Part shown: positions 9,351-18,889 of the stretch, piece by piece
Numbering within the stretch: position 1 is the stretch's first letter
Layout: every line of letters starts with the position of its first letter
Source of the DNA: Verrucomicrobiota bacterium
Lineage (GTDB): Bacteria; Verrucomicrobiota; Verrucomicrobiia; Chthoniobacterales; UBA10450
Direction: 5' to 3'
NCBI GenBank assembly: GCA_003220005.1
Contig: QHRD01000002.1
Coordinates: 647-64,646, forward strand
Length of the DNA stretch: 64,000 nucleotides
Notes under the pieces: model-generated
Databases searched by the model: none
Seen by the model: only the letters and a program-made list of their open reading frames with translations
Told to the model about the DNA's origin: nothing
Made by a program: the position numbers and the translations under genes

Positions 9351-10170
9351 TTAGCCGGCTGACCGTTCCGGGAAGCAAATCGGGTTCTCCCTGCTTCGCG
9401 CCTTGCAAGGTCTTTTCGGTCTTCCCTTTGGTTTCGCTAACCAAGGCGCGATAGAATTGAATCAGTTCGTTGGACACGCGAGCGTCAACGAGGTCGTCAA
9501 TACTGAAGCGAGTGTGCCGTTTTTGTTTTTTTATGAGTGCTGCACCGTTGGCTACTTTCGCGTCCGAGAACCCAATGAAATGTGCGATCCGTTGCAATTC
9601 AGTTTCCGGGTCCTCGAAGAATAAATCGTAGTGAGTGACCAGTCGCTGGCGCGCGTTTGCTGTATCGATCAAACGCCGGTTATAGATTTCCCAGAGGCGC
9701 AAACCAAACGAATAGGACGTTCCGTTGCGCTCCCGCATCGAATGCGCGACTTCCAGCGGGTTGCGTACGATGATGACCGTTTTCAGTCCGGGCAAAACGT
9801 CATGCCAAAAAGGCAGCGTCAAACTGTTGCGCGGATCCTTCCAGCCCCACACGCCTGCCGAATCAAATGCTTCGATCAGCAGTCGGGCCTTCATGCGCAG
9901 CGGATCGAGGCGCGGACCACTGAAGTTCTCGTCGGCTTCAGGCGGCAGGTCCCAGGCGCCGCCAAGCTCATTCAACAATTCATCGTTCACCGCCACGAAT
10001 CCTAGGTGTTCCCAGAACCCCTCTGGATTGTCTGACTGCGCCGGCATCAATGCGCTTTCCGGACCAAGGTAAAGCCCGCAGGCGTGCAGTAGCCTGGTGA
10101 GCATCGATGTCCCTGAGCGATGCGCGCCGGCGATGCAAACCGCCGTCTGGGTGTCAGCGCTATTTTTCAC
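9286..10170 (-). CDS. sulfotransferase family protein (distinct subfamily; first gene of the operon)
   Basis: 294 aa. It has VCIAGAHRSGTSMLTRLLHACGLYLG and WGWKDPRNSLTLPFW..VIIVRNPLEVAHSM. Confidence 0.75.
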   Translation of the reverse strand: MKNSADTQTAVCIAGAHRSGTSMLTRLLHACGLYLGPESALMPAQSDNPEGFWEHLGFVAVNDELLNELGGAWDLPPEADENFSGPRLDPLRMKARLLIEAFDSAGVWGWKDPRNSLTLPFWHDVLPGLKTVIIVRNPLEVAHSMRERNGTSYSFGLRLWEIYNRRLIDTANARQRLVTHYDLFFEDPETELQRIAHFIGFSDAKVANGAALIKKQKRHTRFSIDDLVDARVSNELIQFYRALVSETKGKTEKTLQGAKQGEPDLLPGTVSRLNAFVPERIAHIQPAQERSRRT

Positions 10171-10320
10171 TCGAAACGCTTAAACAACGATGAGCCGCCC
10201 AGTGCGTCAAGCCGATTACTCACTACAGCCATCAGTGATCTGTTGCTTCCGCCGCGCTTCTTCTCCACAATCTAAAATCCTCGTCGCATAAATCGCAGCT
10301 GCAATCTAAGTTTCCAAGCG

Positions 10321-11070
10321 ATGCAGCGAAATGACGGCCGCGAGCCGGATGAGATTCGTCCGCTTAATTTCGAGTTGAACGTAGCGCCGCACGCGAGCGG
10401 TTCGGTGTCGGTCTCGATGGGCAACACGCGCGTGATCTGCGCAGTCACTATCGAAGAAGCTGTGCCGCGCTGGATGAAAGAACAGGGAGTGCCGGGTGGC
10501 TGGCTTACAGCCGAATATTCGATGCTTCCGTATTCGACTCAGCCTCGCAAACCTCGCGACATTGCAAAGGGCCGCATCGATGGACGCAGCGTGGAGATTC
10601 AACGCCTGATTGGTCGGTCGCTGCGAGCCGTCACGGATCTCGAAAAACTTGGGCCGCGCACGATCTGGGTCGATTGCGACGTGTTGCAAGCCGATGGGGG
10701 GACACGCACCGCCGCAATTACCGGTGCTAGCCTGGCGCTAGCCGTAGCCTGCCGAAAATTTGTCCGGGAAAGGAAGCTCGACGCTTCACCGATGCAAAAG
10801 CTGGCCGCTGCTGTGAGTGCCGGCATTCTGGATGGACAGGCGATTGTGGATCTCAATTATGAGGAGGACAAGCTCGTTACGGTTGATTTTAATCTGGTGG
10901 CTACCGAAGACAGCGAATTCGTAGAAGTACAAAGCTCTGGCGAAGAAGCGACGTTTACCGGATCACAGCTGGATGAAATGCTCGCGCTTGGACGTAAAGG
11001 CATAAGCGAGCTGATCGGCGCGCAGCGCGCGATACTGGCGCGAATCATGGTGACACCGCCAGAGAGCTGA
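10321..11070 (+). CDS. rph: ribonuclease PH
   Basis: 249 aa. It reads RPLNFELNVAPHASGSVSVSMGNTRVICAV..DCDVLQADGGTRTAAITGA. Confidence 0.95.
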   Translation: MQRNDGREPDEIRPLNFELNVAPHASGSVSVSMGNTRVICAVTIEEAVPRWMKEQGVPGGWLTAEYSMLPYSTQPRKPRDIAKGRIDGRSVEIQRLIGRSLRAVTDLEKLGPRTIWVDCDVLQADGGTRTAAITGASLALAVACRKFVRERKLDASPMQKLAAAVSAGILDGQAIVDLNYEEDKLVTVDFNLVATEDSEFVEVQSSGEEATFTGSQLDEMLALGRKGISELIGAQRAILARIMVTPPES

Positions 11071-11082
11071 GCGTTTGCTGGC

Positions 11083-11133
11083 GTAGGGACGCCGCGCTGC
11101 GGCGTCCGGTCGGCGCAGCGCGCCGACTCTACC
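11083..11133. repeat. GC-rich double-hairpin module shared with 23920..23978
   Basis: The hairpins are ggacgccgc-gct-gcggcgtcc (11087-11107) and gtcggcgc-agc-gcgccgac (11109-11127), lying right after the rph stop. The same 19-nt second hairpin occurs after ptsH. Confidence 0.6.
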
Positions 11134-11192
11134 GTTTCGGCCTGTAAAAGATTTGATGCCGCACGGACGATAGGCTAAAGCGCAAGAGCGAA

Positions 11193-12206
11193 ATGAAGAA
11201 AGCATTGATCACCGGCATCACCGGCCAGGACGGAAGTTATTTGGCAGATCTGCTGCTTGAGAAAGGCTACGAAGTCCACGGGATCATTCGCAGGGCCAGC
11301 ACATTCAACACTTCGCGCATCGATCATCTTTACGCTGACCCTCACGTGAACGGCGTCCGAATGTTTCTGCATTATGGAGACCTCAGCGACTCTGTGAATC
11401 TGGTGAAGCTGCTTTACAAACTAAAGCCGGATGAGATTTACCATCTTGGTGCACAAAGCCACGTGCGCGTGAGCTTCGATATTCCCGAATATACCTCTGA
11501 CGTTACGGGCGTCGCCACGATCCGTATTCTGGAAGCGATCCGCGAAGCCGGATTGCGTTCCCGTTTTTTTCAGGCGTCGAGCAGTGAAATGTTTGGGAAG
11601 GCGCAGGAAGTGCCGCAGAGCGAGAAAACGCCGTTCTGGCCGCGCAGCCCGTACGGCGTAGCGAAAGTTTTTTCATATTGGGCCACCATCAATTATCGCG
11701 AGAGCTACGGCTTGCACGCGAGCAACGGGATCATGTTTAACCATGAAAGTCCGCGACGCGGCGAAACTTTCGTTACGCGCAAAATCTCACGGGCGGTTGC
11801 TGCGATTAAGCTTGGTCTGCAAAAAGAATTGTTCCTCGGCAATCTGGACGCGAAACGCGACTGGGGATATGCGCCCGAATACGTCGAAGGCGTCTGGCGG
11901 ATTTTGCAACTCCACGAAGGAGAAGACTTCGTGCTGGCTACCGGTGAGACCCACACCGTCCGTGAGTTTGTCGAAGCCGCCTTCGCTCACGTCGATCTGG
12001 ATTGGAAGCAATTCGTAAAGCACGACCCGCGTTACGAGCGGCCGGCCGAGGTGGACCTTCTGCTTGGTGACGCTTCAAAGGCGAAGAAAATTCTCGGCTG
12101 GGAAGCAAAAGTTCGATTTCACGAGCTTGTGCGAATCATGGTGGATGCCGACATGAAGCTGCTCTCGCGAGAAACGCCGAGAGAACATCTCGGGAAACTG
12201 CCGTAA
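11193..12206 (+). CDS. gmd: GDP-mannose 4,6-dehydratase
   Basis: 337 aa. It reads [46 protein letters not shown]. Confidence 0.95.
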   Translation: MKKALITGITGQDGSYLADLLLEKGYEVHGIIRRASTFNTSRIDHLYADPHVNGVRMFLHYGDLSDSVNLVKLLYKLKPDEIYHLGAQSHVRVSFDIPEYTSDVTGVATIRILEAIREAGLRSRFFQASSSEMFGKAQEVPQSEKTPFWPRSPYGVAKVFSYWATINYRESYGLHASNGIMFNHESPRRGETFVTRKISRAVAAIKLGLQKELFLGNLDAKRDWGYAPEYVEGVWRILQLHEGEDFVLATGETHTVREFVEAAFAHVDLDWKQFVKHDPRYERPAEVDLLLGDASKAKKILGWEAKVRFHELVRIMVDADMKLLSRETPREHLGKLP

Positions 12207-12258
12207 GATGGGCGGCGTGCTGCATGCCGCCGTGGCGACACATCGCGGTGCGATTTCC

Positions 12259-12894
12259 CTACCGGATCGCGAGGGTGCCGCGGGGAACATAGCCCGGAAT
12301 AGCCGACGCCAGCGTGGTGTCGACAATGGTTACCCCGGCCCCGACTCCGACTATGTCGTATAAATTTATGATGTCAGTCGAGCGCATTCGGATGCATCCA
12401 TAGCTGGCAGGCTTGCCGATCAGCCGCTCCTCCGGCGTCCCGTGGATGTAGATATCCCGTGTGAAGGCGTTGGCGTTTTGCGGCTCGAGCCCGCGCAACC
12501 AGAGATTGCGCGTCACGATCGGGTCCCGGCCCGGCGAATCCGGGAAGACAATTTCACCAGTGCGCCGCAGATCTTTGAATACCGTTCCCAGTGGCGCATT
12601 ATCGCCAATTTTCGTCGCGATCTGCAAATGACCCAGTGGCGTGTACCTACTGCCTCGCCAATCGCCGAGACCGAACTTGGAGGTAGAGACCGGATAAGTG
12701 GCCATCAGACTGCCGTGGTCGAGGAGGGCTAACTTTTGCTCGCGGGTACTGATCACAATGTGATGCTGCGTGTCAGGCGCTGCGCAGGAGGAGATAAACA
12801 TAGCGAGCAGGAGGAGAACCGGGTAATGACGGCGCGCTGCGCCGTCCGGACCTGGCGGCGCGATGTCCCTACAACTGTGATCGTCGATTTTCAT
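12259..12894 (-). CDS. L,D-transpeptidase (YkuD domain) lipoprotein
   Basis: The catalytic motif is HGTPEERLIGKPASYGCIRMRSTD and the lipobox-like signal is LLLLAMFISSC. Its ATG overlaps the tatD stop in an ATGA arrangement. Confidence 0.8.
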   Translation of the reverse strand: MKIDDHSCRDIAPPGPDGAARRHYPVLLLLAMFISSCAAPDTQHHIVISTREQKLALLDHGSLMATYPVSTSKFGLGDWRGSRYTPLGHLQIATKIGDNAPLGTVFKDLRRTGEIVFPDSPGRDPIVTRNLWLRGLEPQNANAFTRDIYIHGTPEERLIGKPASYGCIRMRSTDIINLYDIVGVGAGVTIVDTTLASAIPGYVPRGTLAIR

Positions 12895-13784
12895 GCCCGA
12901 TTAAACCTGAAAAACTTCTCCGCGGTTTCGGTTGTTGCTTCGGCAATTTCTTCCAACGGAACCTGCCGCGCTGACGCGATCGCTTCCGCTACGAAGTGTG
13001 TATGCGCTGGTTCGCAGCGCTTTCCACGGAAGGGAACGGGTGCCAGATAGGGACAATCAGTTTCCACCATGAATTTCCAGAGGGGGATTTGTGCCGCGAC
13101 TTCTCGCACGGCCGCGCCGTTTTTGAAAGTGACAATTCCCGTGAACGAAATGAGGTGGTCAAGATCGAGAACTTCATTCGCCTGATCGAGCGAGCCGCCA
13201 AAACAATGGAAAACACCGTGCATCTTGCCGGTGTACGGCTGCAGCATTTTGAGTGTATCCTCCCAGGCATCGCGTTGATGGATCACTGCGTTGAGACCAA
13301 GCTCCACAGCGAGGTCGAGTTGTTGTTGAAATAGACTCGCTTGTTTCGATTTGTAAGCGCCGTCGCGAATTTGCGCTTCGATTTCTTCATCGGTCTCAGT
13401 TCGCAACGCGGACATGACCTGAACCTGCTTCTCCTTTCCCACTTCTTCGCTCGGCAGACGATGATAATCGAGTCCCGTCTCGCCGATGGCCACCACGCGC
13501 GGGTGCTTCGCCAGTTCCCGCAGTGGCGTCATTACGTCTTCCTCCGCTTGTTCAACGTAAGTCGGATGAACGCCAATTGCCGCGTAAACGGCCGGATATT
13601 TTTCCGCCAGATCAATCGCGCGCTGACTGCTTTCGATTGACGTGCCGATCGTGATGATGCGCGTTACTCCAGCGTCGGCTGCGCGGCGAAGCACGTCGTC
13701 GAAGTCATTTGCGAACTCGGGATAATCGAGATGCGCGTGAGTTTCGACTAGTTGATGGCTGAGAGTTGATTGTTGAGAGTTCAC
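12891..13784 (-). CDS. TatD family metal-dependent hydrolase
   Basis: It reads VETHAHLDYPEF..GVHP..AIGETGLDY..HCF. The GTG start lies inside a word-like repeat. Confidence 0.85.
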   Translation of the reverse strand: MNSQQSTLSHQLVETHAHLDYPEFANDFDDVLRRAADAGVTRIITIGTSIESSQRAIDLAEKYPAVYAAIGVHPTYVEQAEEDVMTPLRELAKHPRVVAIGETGLDYHRLPSEEVGKEKQVQVMSALRTETDEEIEAQIRDGAYKSKQASLFQQQLDLAVELGLNAVIHQRDAWEDTLKMLQPYTGKMHGVFHCFGGSLDQANEVLDLDHLISFTGIVTFKNGAAVREVAAQIPLWKFMVETDCPYLAPVPFRGKRCEPAHTHFVAEAIASARQVPLEEIAEATTETAEKFFRFNRA

Positions 13785-13833
13785 ACGCGGTCAGCTGGCC
13801 CTTCTATCAACTATCAACTAACGACTATCAACT
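13750..13833. repeat. word-like imperfect inverted repeat (agttgat/atcaact units) spanning the tatD start codon
   Basis: The left arm is agttgatggctgagagttgattgttgagag. The right arm ctatcaactatcaactaacgactatcaact is its imperfect reverse complement. Confidence 0.55.
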
Positions 13834-13847
13834 CCTGCCTGAAAGTG

Positions 13848-13882
13848 AGAGATTTTCTCGACTACGCTCGGAATGACAGGAG
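13848..13882. repeat. half copy (right end) of the MITE-like element family
   Basis: The sequence gagagattttctcgactacgctcggaatgacagg matches the right terminal repeat of the full copies. Confidence 0.5.
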
Positions 13883-13913
13883 ATCTAAATGCGCGTGGAT
13901 TCGATGAGCATTG

Positions 13914-14402
13914 CTAGGTCGCAGGAGACTGTTGTTTCAGCTGCTCGATAAGTTCCGCATAGCGCGGATGATTTCGCAATCCATTGAGGTCAGAGTCGTG
14001 CTCGATCCAATCTTTCCAGAATGGCCGCCCGTTAGTAATCGCTCGATTCAGCAAATGAAAAGCCAGTTCAGGTTCTCCCAAGAGACTGTAGGCGCACGCC
14101 AGGTTGTAGAGTGAGATCGGATCTTCATTTTCGATGGCCTGAGCTCGTGCCGCCCAGTCTGTTGCACGGTCCCTTTCCCCCAGCTCCAGCAGCGCGATTG
14201 CGCCTAGTACGGCCGGCCGAGAATCCTCTGGATGCAAGACGAGGTCACGTTCGGCATTCTCGACGGTTTTGCGTGCGGCAGCTTTGCAATCGCTATCGCG
14301 TCCGAGCGAACGTGCAGCCAGCGTACCCGCCTCATCTGCGCCCACCAGCCGGCTGTAGCCAACTACATCAGCGGCGAGAATCGCGGTCAGGCGACGTTTC
14401 AT
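13914..14402 (-). CDS. TPR-like protein retaining only the first ~25 residues of an adenylate/guanylate cyclase domain
   Basis: MKRRLTAILAADVVGYSRLVGADEAGTLAA is a typical class III cyclase N-terminus. It joins directly to a TPR-like C-terminus (YNLACAYSLLGEPELAF..LRNHPRYAELI). A GGAGG lies upstream of the ATG at 14402. Confidence 0.55.
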   Translation of the reverse strand: MKRRLTAILAADVVGYSRLVGADEAGTLAARSLGRDSDCKAAARKTVENAERDLVLHPEDSRPAVLGAIALLELGERDRATDWAARAQAIENEDPISLYNLACAYSLLGEPELAFHLLNRAITNGRPFWKDWIEHDSDLNGLRNHPRYAELIEQLKQQSPAT

Positions 14403-14424
14403 CGGGCCTCCCAAAGGTGTCCTC

Positions 14425-15447
14425 TTACCATTCGAGTATCGTGCTCGCCCACGTGAGGCCGCCACCGAACACGACCATTAGAACATAGTCGCCGCGCTTG
14501 ATCCGGCCGCTGCGGTTGGCTTCGTCGAGTGCGATGGCCACTGCCGCAGCGGACGTGTTGCCGTAGCGATCCAGATTCACAAACATTTTGTCGCGCGAAA
14601 TGCCGAGGCGATCCGCGATGGCCTCGATGATGCGCAGGTTTGCCTGATGCGGAATGACACAGGCAATGTCTTCAATGGAAAGTCCGGCTTGATCGAGGGC
14701 TTTTTTCGCTGCGTTCAGCATGGCGATAACGGCTTGTTTGTACACTTCCTTGCCGGTCATGTGGATCGTTGTTAAATGCATATCCGCATTTTCGCGCGTG
14801 ATTGGGCATTGCGAACCACCGCCCGGCATGTACAAAATGTCGGTGTACTGGCCGTCGCTGCCGATGTGGGTCGCAATTACGCCGTGAGTGCTGCCCCGGT
14901 GGCGCAAAATAGCCGCGCCGGCACCGTCTCCGAAAAGAACGCAAGTGTTGCGATCGGTCCAATTCGTGATCGAAGTCAATTTCTCGGCGCCGATCACAAG
15001 GACGGTTTCGTGCGTATGTGACGTGATGAATTGTTGGGCAATCTCTAATCCAAAGAGAAAGCCCGCACAGGCCGCGGAAATATCGAGGCAGGCGGCGTTG
15101 GTCGCTCCGATCTTCTTCTGAACGAAGCACGCCGTGGCTGGGAAAAGCATGTCTGGAGTGGCCGTTGCCACGAGAATGAGATCGATTTCTTTCGGCGAAA
15201 TTTTAGCCTGCTCGATCGCTTTGAGCGTCGCTTTGGTCGCCATGTCGCTGGTATTTTCATCCTTTGCGGCGATGCGCCGTTCCTTGATGCCGGTGCGCGT
15301 GGTGATCCAATCGTCGCTGGTATCAACCATGCGGGAGAGGTCCGCGTTGGTCAGAATCTTTTCGGGCACATAACTCCCTGTGCCGATGATTGACACCGTG
15401 CGCAGCGTCTTAGTGGAGCGCGGGCTCAAGCGGGGCTGTCGTTTCAT
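14425..15447 (-). CDS. fabH: 3-oxoacyl-ACP synthase III
   Basis: 340 aa. It reads IIGTGSYVPEK..ACAGF..HQAN..GNTSAA. Confidence 0.95.
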   Translation of the reverse strand: MKRQPRLSPRSTKTLRTVSIIGTGSYVPEKILTNADLSRMVDTSDDWITTRTGIKERRIAAKDENTSDMATKATLKAIEQAKISPKEIDLILVATATPDMLFPATACFVQKKIGATNAACLDISAACAGFLFGLEIAQQFITSHTHETVLVIGAEKLTSITNWTDRNTCVLFGDGAGAAILRHRGSTHGVIATHIGSDGQYTDILYMPGGGSQCPITRENADMHLTTIHMTGKEVYKQAVIAMLNAAKKALDQAGLSIEDIACVIPHQANLRIIEAIADRLGISRDKMFVNLDRYGNTSAAAVAIALDEANRSGRIKRGDYVLMVVFGGGLTWASTILEW

Positions 15448-16441
15448 GGTACCGGCGAATCTCCTCGACGATATGCGGGTTCACCTGTTGTTCAATCGAC
15501 TCTGCCGCCACACGCAGCGCGTTCTTGATCGCCAGCGGCGTGCTCGCGCCGTGTGCGATGATGCAAATCCCGTTCACACCAAGCAGCGGCATGCCGCCGG
15601 CCTCTTCGTAGTTTGTTTTGTCTTTGATTACGCGAAATGCCTTCCGGGCCAGGTAGGCGCCGACCATGTGGATTTTCGAGCGCGTCAATTCCTGTTTAAG
15701 CCATTTGAAAATCGCCACTGCAATCGACTCGGAGGTTTTCAAAATCACGTTACCGACAAAACCGTCGCAAACGACGACTTCCACCGGGTCTTCAAACAAA
15801 TGCCGGCCTTCGATATTCCCTCGAAAATTCAGCGAACTCTCCTTCAACATCTTGAAGGCCTCCTTTGTCAGCTCGTTGCCTTTGACATCTTCTTCGCCGA
15901 GCGAGATCAAACCGACCCGCGGAGTTTTATAGCGAAGAACGTGGCTGGAATAAACCGAGCCCATGATGCCGTATTGCAAAAGATGTTCCGGGCGCGCGTC
16001 GATATTTGCGCCGGCATCGATCAAGACAAAAACATTGAACTGCGTAGGCAAGAGCGCGGCGATGCCGGGCCGGTCGATTCCTTCCAGTGTACGCAATTTG
16101 ATCATGCTTGCCGCGACGGCTGCGCCGGTGTGCCCGGCGCTCACCACTGCATCCGCATCGCCGTGTTTCACAACATCGACAGCACGACTGATTGACGAGT
16201 CTTTCTTGCGGCGCACCGCTGTCCAGGCGCGATCGCTCATCTCCACCACTTGAGTGGCATGCACGATATCGATGCGTGAATCGTTGCACTGATGTTTGCG
16301 CAACTCACTCTCTATCTCGGCCGTGTCTCCGACCAGATAAAGTTTGTTGATCTGCCGGTAATCACGCAGCGCCATCACGGCGCCGGCAACAAGGTTAGGC
16401 GGGCCAAAGTCACCGCCCATCGCGTCGAGGGCGATCTTCAT
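15410..16441 (-). CDS. plsX: phosphate acyltransferase PlsX
   Basis: 343 aa. It reads MKIALDAMGGDFGP..SAGHTGA..DGFVGNV. Confidence 0.95.
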   Translation of the reverse strand: MKIALDAMGGDFGPPNLVAGAVMALRDYRQINKLYLVGDTAEIESELRKHQCNDSRIDIVHATQVVEMSDRAWTAVRRKKDSSISRAVDVVKHGDADAVVSAGHTGAAVAASMIKLRTLEGIDRPGIAALLPTQFNVFVLIDAGANIDARPEHLLQYGIMGSVYSSHVLRYKTPRVGLISLGEEDVKGNELTKEAFKMLKESSLNFRGNIEGRHLFEDPVEVVVCDGFVGNVILKTSESIAVAIFKWLKQELTRSKIHMVGAYLARKAFRVIKDKTNYEEAGGMPLLGVNGICIIAHGASTPLAIKNALRVAAESIEQQVNPHIVEEIRRYHETTAPLEPALH

Positions 16442-16515
16442 TAGAGCAAAACTTTGCGAACTTTAGTTGCCGAATGCAAAGTGAAAATGCGTCGCCCGCG
16501 GGGCGACGGCTACAG

Positions 16516-16698
16516 CTACTTGCCTTCGAGCGTCAACACCTGTCGTCCGCGGTAATAGCCGCACGATGGACATGCAATGTGTGAGGGGACGCTGCTTCCA
16601 CACTGTGGACACTTGTTCAGGTGCGCAGCATGCCAGCGATTGGCTGCTTTGCGCATGCGTAACCGCATCTTGGATGTTTTGCGTTTTGGGACTCCCAT
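16516..16698 (-). CDS. rpmF: 50S ribosomal protein L32
   Basis: MGVPKRKTSKMRLRMRKA with CPQCG..CPSCG zinc ribbon. Confidence 0.95.
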   Translation of the reverse strand: MGVPKRKTSKMRLRMRKAANRWHAAHLNKCPQCGSSVPSHIACPSCGYYRGRQVLTLEGK

Positions 16699-16770
16699 GA
16701 CAGGCGTTCACGGAAGCACGTTTGACGAAGAAAACAACGTTGAAGCGCCGAAGCGTTGCAGCGTCACAAT

Positions 16771-17232
16771 TCAATGCTTCAACGGTTTAATGTTTAACTT
16801 CAATTGATCCAATGCGCTCCAGTCCGACTCGCGCTTTATATCCTGCTCCGCAGCTGTTACCTGTTTCGCCTTGCAAATCCGATCGCCGTCCCTGTCGCAA
16901 TGTGGATGTGCTGGGAGATTTAGTAAAATTTCCTCGCGAACAGAGGGGGTAAGATCGACCGTCTCTGGCCCGTCGAGCTCCATGTGCACGGCGAATGCTG
17001 GCACTCGGATCTTATGCACGAATTTTTCCAGACACGACACGCAACGCAGCTCAACTGCCTGGGACAGGGAGCCATTCGCCCACAACGCGCGTCCTGCAAC
17101 GCCAAGGTCGAGATCGTAATGCAGTCGACCGACGCAACGGATTCCCTCCGATTCCAGTTCCTGGATCGGGCAATCCTCCTCTCCTTCCAGATGCAGGCCC
17201 TGAGCTGGAATTTGTTTCAGATGCACTTTCAT
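16771..17232 (-). CDS. YceD/DUF177 family protein
   Basis: It sits upstream of rpmF-plsX-fabH. It is an acidic 153-aa protein with a C-terminal HP.CxxxxxxxC-like motif. Confidence 0.75.
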   Translation of the reverse strand: MKVHLKQIPAQGLHLEGEEDCPIQELESEGIRCVGRLHYDLDLGVAGRALWANGSLSQAVELRCVSCLEKFVHKIRVPAFAVHMELDGPETVDLTPSVREEILLNLPAHPHCDRDGDRICKAKQVTAAEQDIKRESDWSALDQLKLNIKPLKH

Positions 17233-17254
17233 GAGCCACTCCCTTCGCCATGTA

Positions 17255-17731
17255 TTAACTACATTTCCTGCCTAGCGCTTTGGCCACGCAAGCCGGCACA
17301 AAACCGGACACATCGCCACCAAGGCGCGCGATCTCTTTTACAATCCGCGAGCTTAGATAGGTATATTCCTCCTTCGGCATCAAGAAAATCGTTTCCACCG
17401 CGGCATCCAGTTTTCGATTCATCAGCGCCATTTGAAATTCGAACTCAAAATCGGATACGGCCCTCAAACCCCGGATTACGGCACCAGCTTCTTCTGCCCT
17501 GGCGAAGTCGACGAGTAATCCCTTGAACTGTGCGACTCTTACATTGTCAATTTTCCCGGCGGTCTCTCGCAGCAAATCGAGACGTTCCGTTAATGAGAAA
17601 AGCGGCTGCTTCTCGTCATTGCCCGCGACTGCCACCACAACTTCGTCGAAAAGTTTTCGCGCGCGCTCAATCACATCCAGGTGACCGTTGGTCACCGGAT
17701 CGAAACTGCCCGGGTAAATCGCGCGCCTCAT
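17255..17731 (-). CDS. coaD: phosphopantetheine adenylyltransferase
   Basis: It reads RRAIYPGSFDPVTNGHLDVIERA. Confidence 0.95.
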   Translation of the reverse strand: MRRAIYPGSFDPVTNGHLDVIERARKLFDEVVVAVAGNDEKQPLFSLTERLDLLRETAGKIDNVRVAQFKGLLVDFARAEEAGAVIRGLRAVSDFEFEFQMALMNRKLDAAVETIFLMPKEEYTYLSSRIVKEIARLGGDVSGFVPACVAKALGRKCS

Positions 17732-17847
17732 TTGCGAAAATTCGCAGAGGAATTCAAAAATGAAAAGCGGATTGGTAGAGTTCGCCGGTTGGGCGGCCGT
17801 CTCTTCCTTGCCGAAACTCGTTTGAGCGTGACAGTTTAACCGGTCTC

Positions 17848-18675
17848 ATGCCTGATACCTCGCCATACAAGACCATTGCCGTGGCAACGACGTTTTCGCC
17901 GCGCTTCAAGCAGGTTCTTGCCGAAGCGAAGCGAATCCGAGAACGTTTTTCCGCCGATCTTCATCTGATCTATGCGGGCAAGCAGAGTGAAGAAATCGCA
18001 AAGAAGTTTCACGATGCTCTCGCGCAGCTCGAGCTTCCGACCGATTCAAAGATTCATTATGAAGAAGGCGATCCGGCTGATGCAATTTTGCGTACGCTCG
18101 CTCGTGAGAAGATCGACATGGTGGTTGCTGGCGCACTGGAGAAGGAAGTGGTGCTGCATCCATTTCTGGGGAATGTGGCGCGCCGCGTGGTGCGAGAAGC
18201 GCCCTGCTCGGTGATACTTTTCACCAAACCGCTGCTGAACCCCCGACCATTGAGCCGGATCGTTTTCATTGCTGATTACGGCGACCACGGACTCCAGGCG
18301 CTGATAAGAACGCTGCCGCTGGCTGCCGCGGAATTATCCGAGAGGCTTTATGTCGTCCGCATCATTACCACTTTTGATGAAGCGCGCGCGTCGATTCGCG
18401 CAGTTACAAGAAGACAGGAAAAGCCCGGATCGCACGATGACGAAGAAGACGCGCTGGAGAAATTTGTTTTATCAGCTGGCGCGACCGAAGTCCCGATCGA
18501 AGCACGGTGCATCCGTGGCAATACTGGGTTGATTGCCTCGGATTTCGTTCAATCGGTGAACGCGGATTTGATTGTGGTGCCGCTGCAGAGAAAGGGCGAA
18601 ACCAGTCAGCCGCTTCCCAGTAACATCGCTTGGATTACGGATGTTATTCCGTGCAATCTCTGGGTGATTCGCTGA
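17848..18675 (+). CDS. tandem-domain universal stress protein family
   Basis: There are two Usp-like halves. The first ends in MVVAGALEKE..LGNVARRVVREAPCSVILF. Confidence 0.75.
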   Translation: MPDTSPYKTIAVATTFSPRFKQVLAEAKRIRERFSADLHLIYAGKQSEEIAKKFHDALAQLELPTDSKIHYEEGDPADAILRTLAREKIDMVVAGALEKEVVLHPFLGNVARRVVREAPCSVILFTKPLLNPRPLSRIVFIADYGDHGLQALIRTLPLAAAELSERLYVVRIITTFDEARASIRAVTRRQEKPGSHDDEEDALEKFVLSAGATEVPIEARCIRGNTGLIASDFVQSVNADLIVVPLQRKGETSQPLPSNIAWITDVIPCNLWVIR

Positions 18676-18684
18676 GCGGAAGCT

Positions 18685-18872
18685 CCAAAATCCAACATCC
18701 AATCTGGCCAGAGGAAAATCGTCAATAATCCACGCGGCCATCCCGTTTTGTCATGTTGAGCGGAGCGACACATCTCTGATTATTGCTCGATGAGGTGGCA
18801 GGAAATTCCAGAGGTCCATCGCTTCGCTCAGGATGACAGTTGCATCTCTGGATATTGGAGCTTGGATTTTGG
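18685..18872. repeat. nested palindromic intergenic element: word-like inverted arms enclosing a 90-bp MITE-like element (18749..18838)
   Basis: The outer arms are ccaaaatccaacatccaatc (18685-18704) and attggagcttggattttgg (18854-18872). The inner element has terminal inverted repeats tgtcatgttgagcggagcga / tcgcttcgctcaggatgaca. Confidence 0.7.
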
Positions 18873-18889
18873 AATTTCTGTCGATTGCC

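Noticed and set aside
15380-16195. Long ORFs antisense to well-supported genes: 271 aa opposite plsX, and similar cases at 33406..34311 (opposite CBS), 36068..36724 (opposite aroC), 48709..49464, 34543..35079, 62266..62742 and 77..589.
   Set aside because: Their products are low-complexity and Arg/Ala/Pro-rich with no recognisable motifs, and each lies fully inside a gene with strong family signatures on the other strand. These are typical shadow ORFs of GC-rich DNA.
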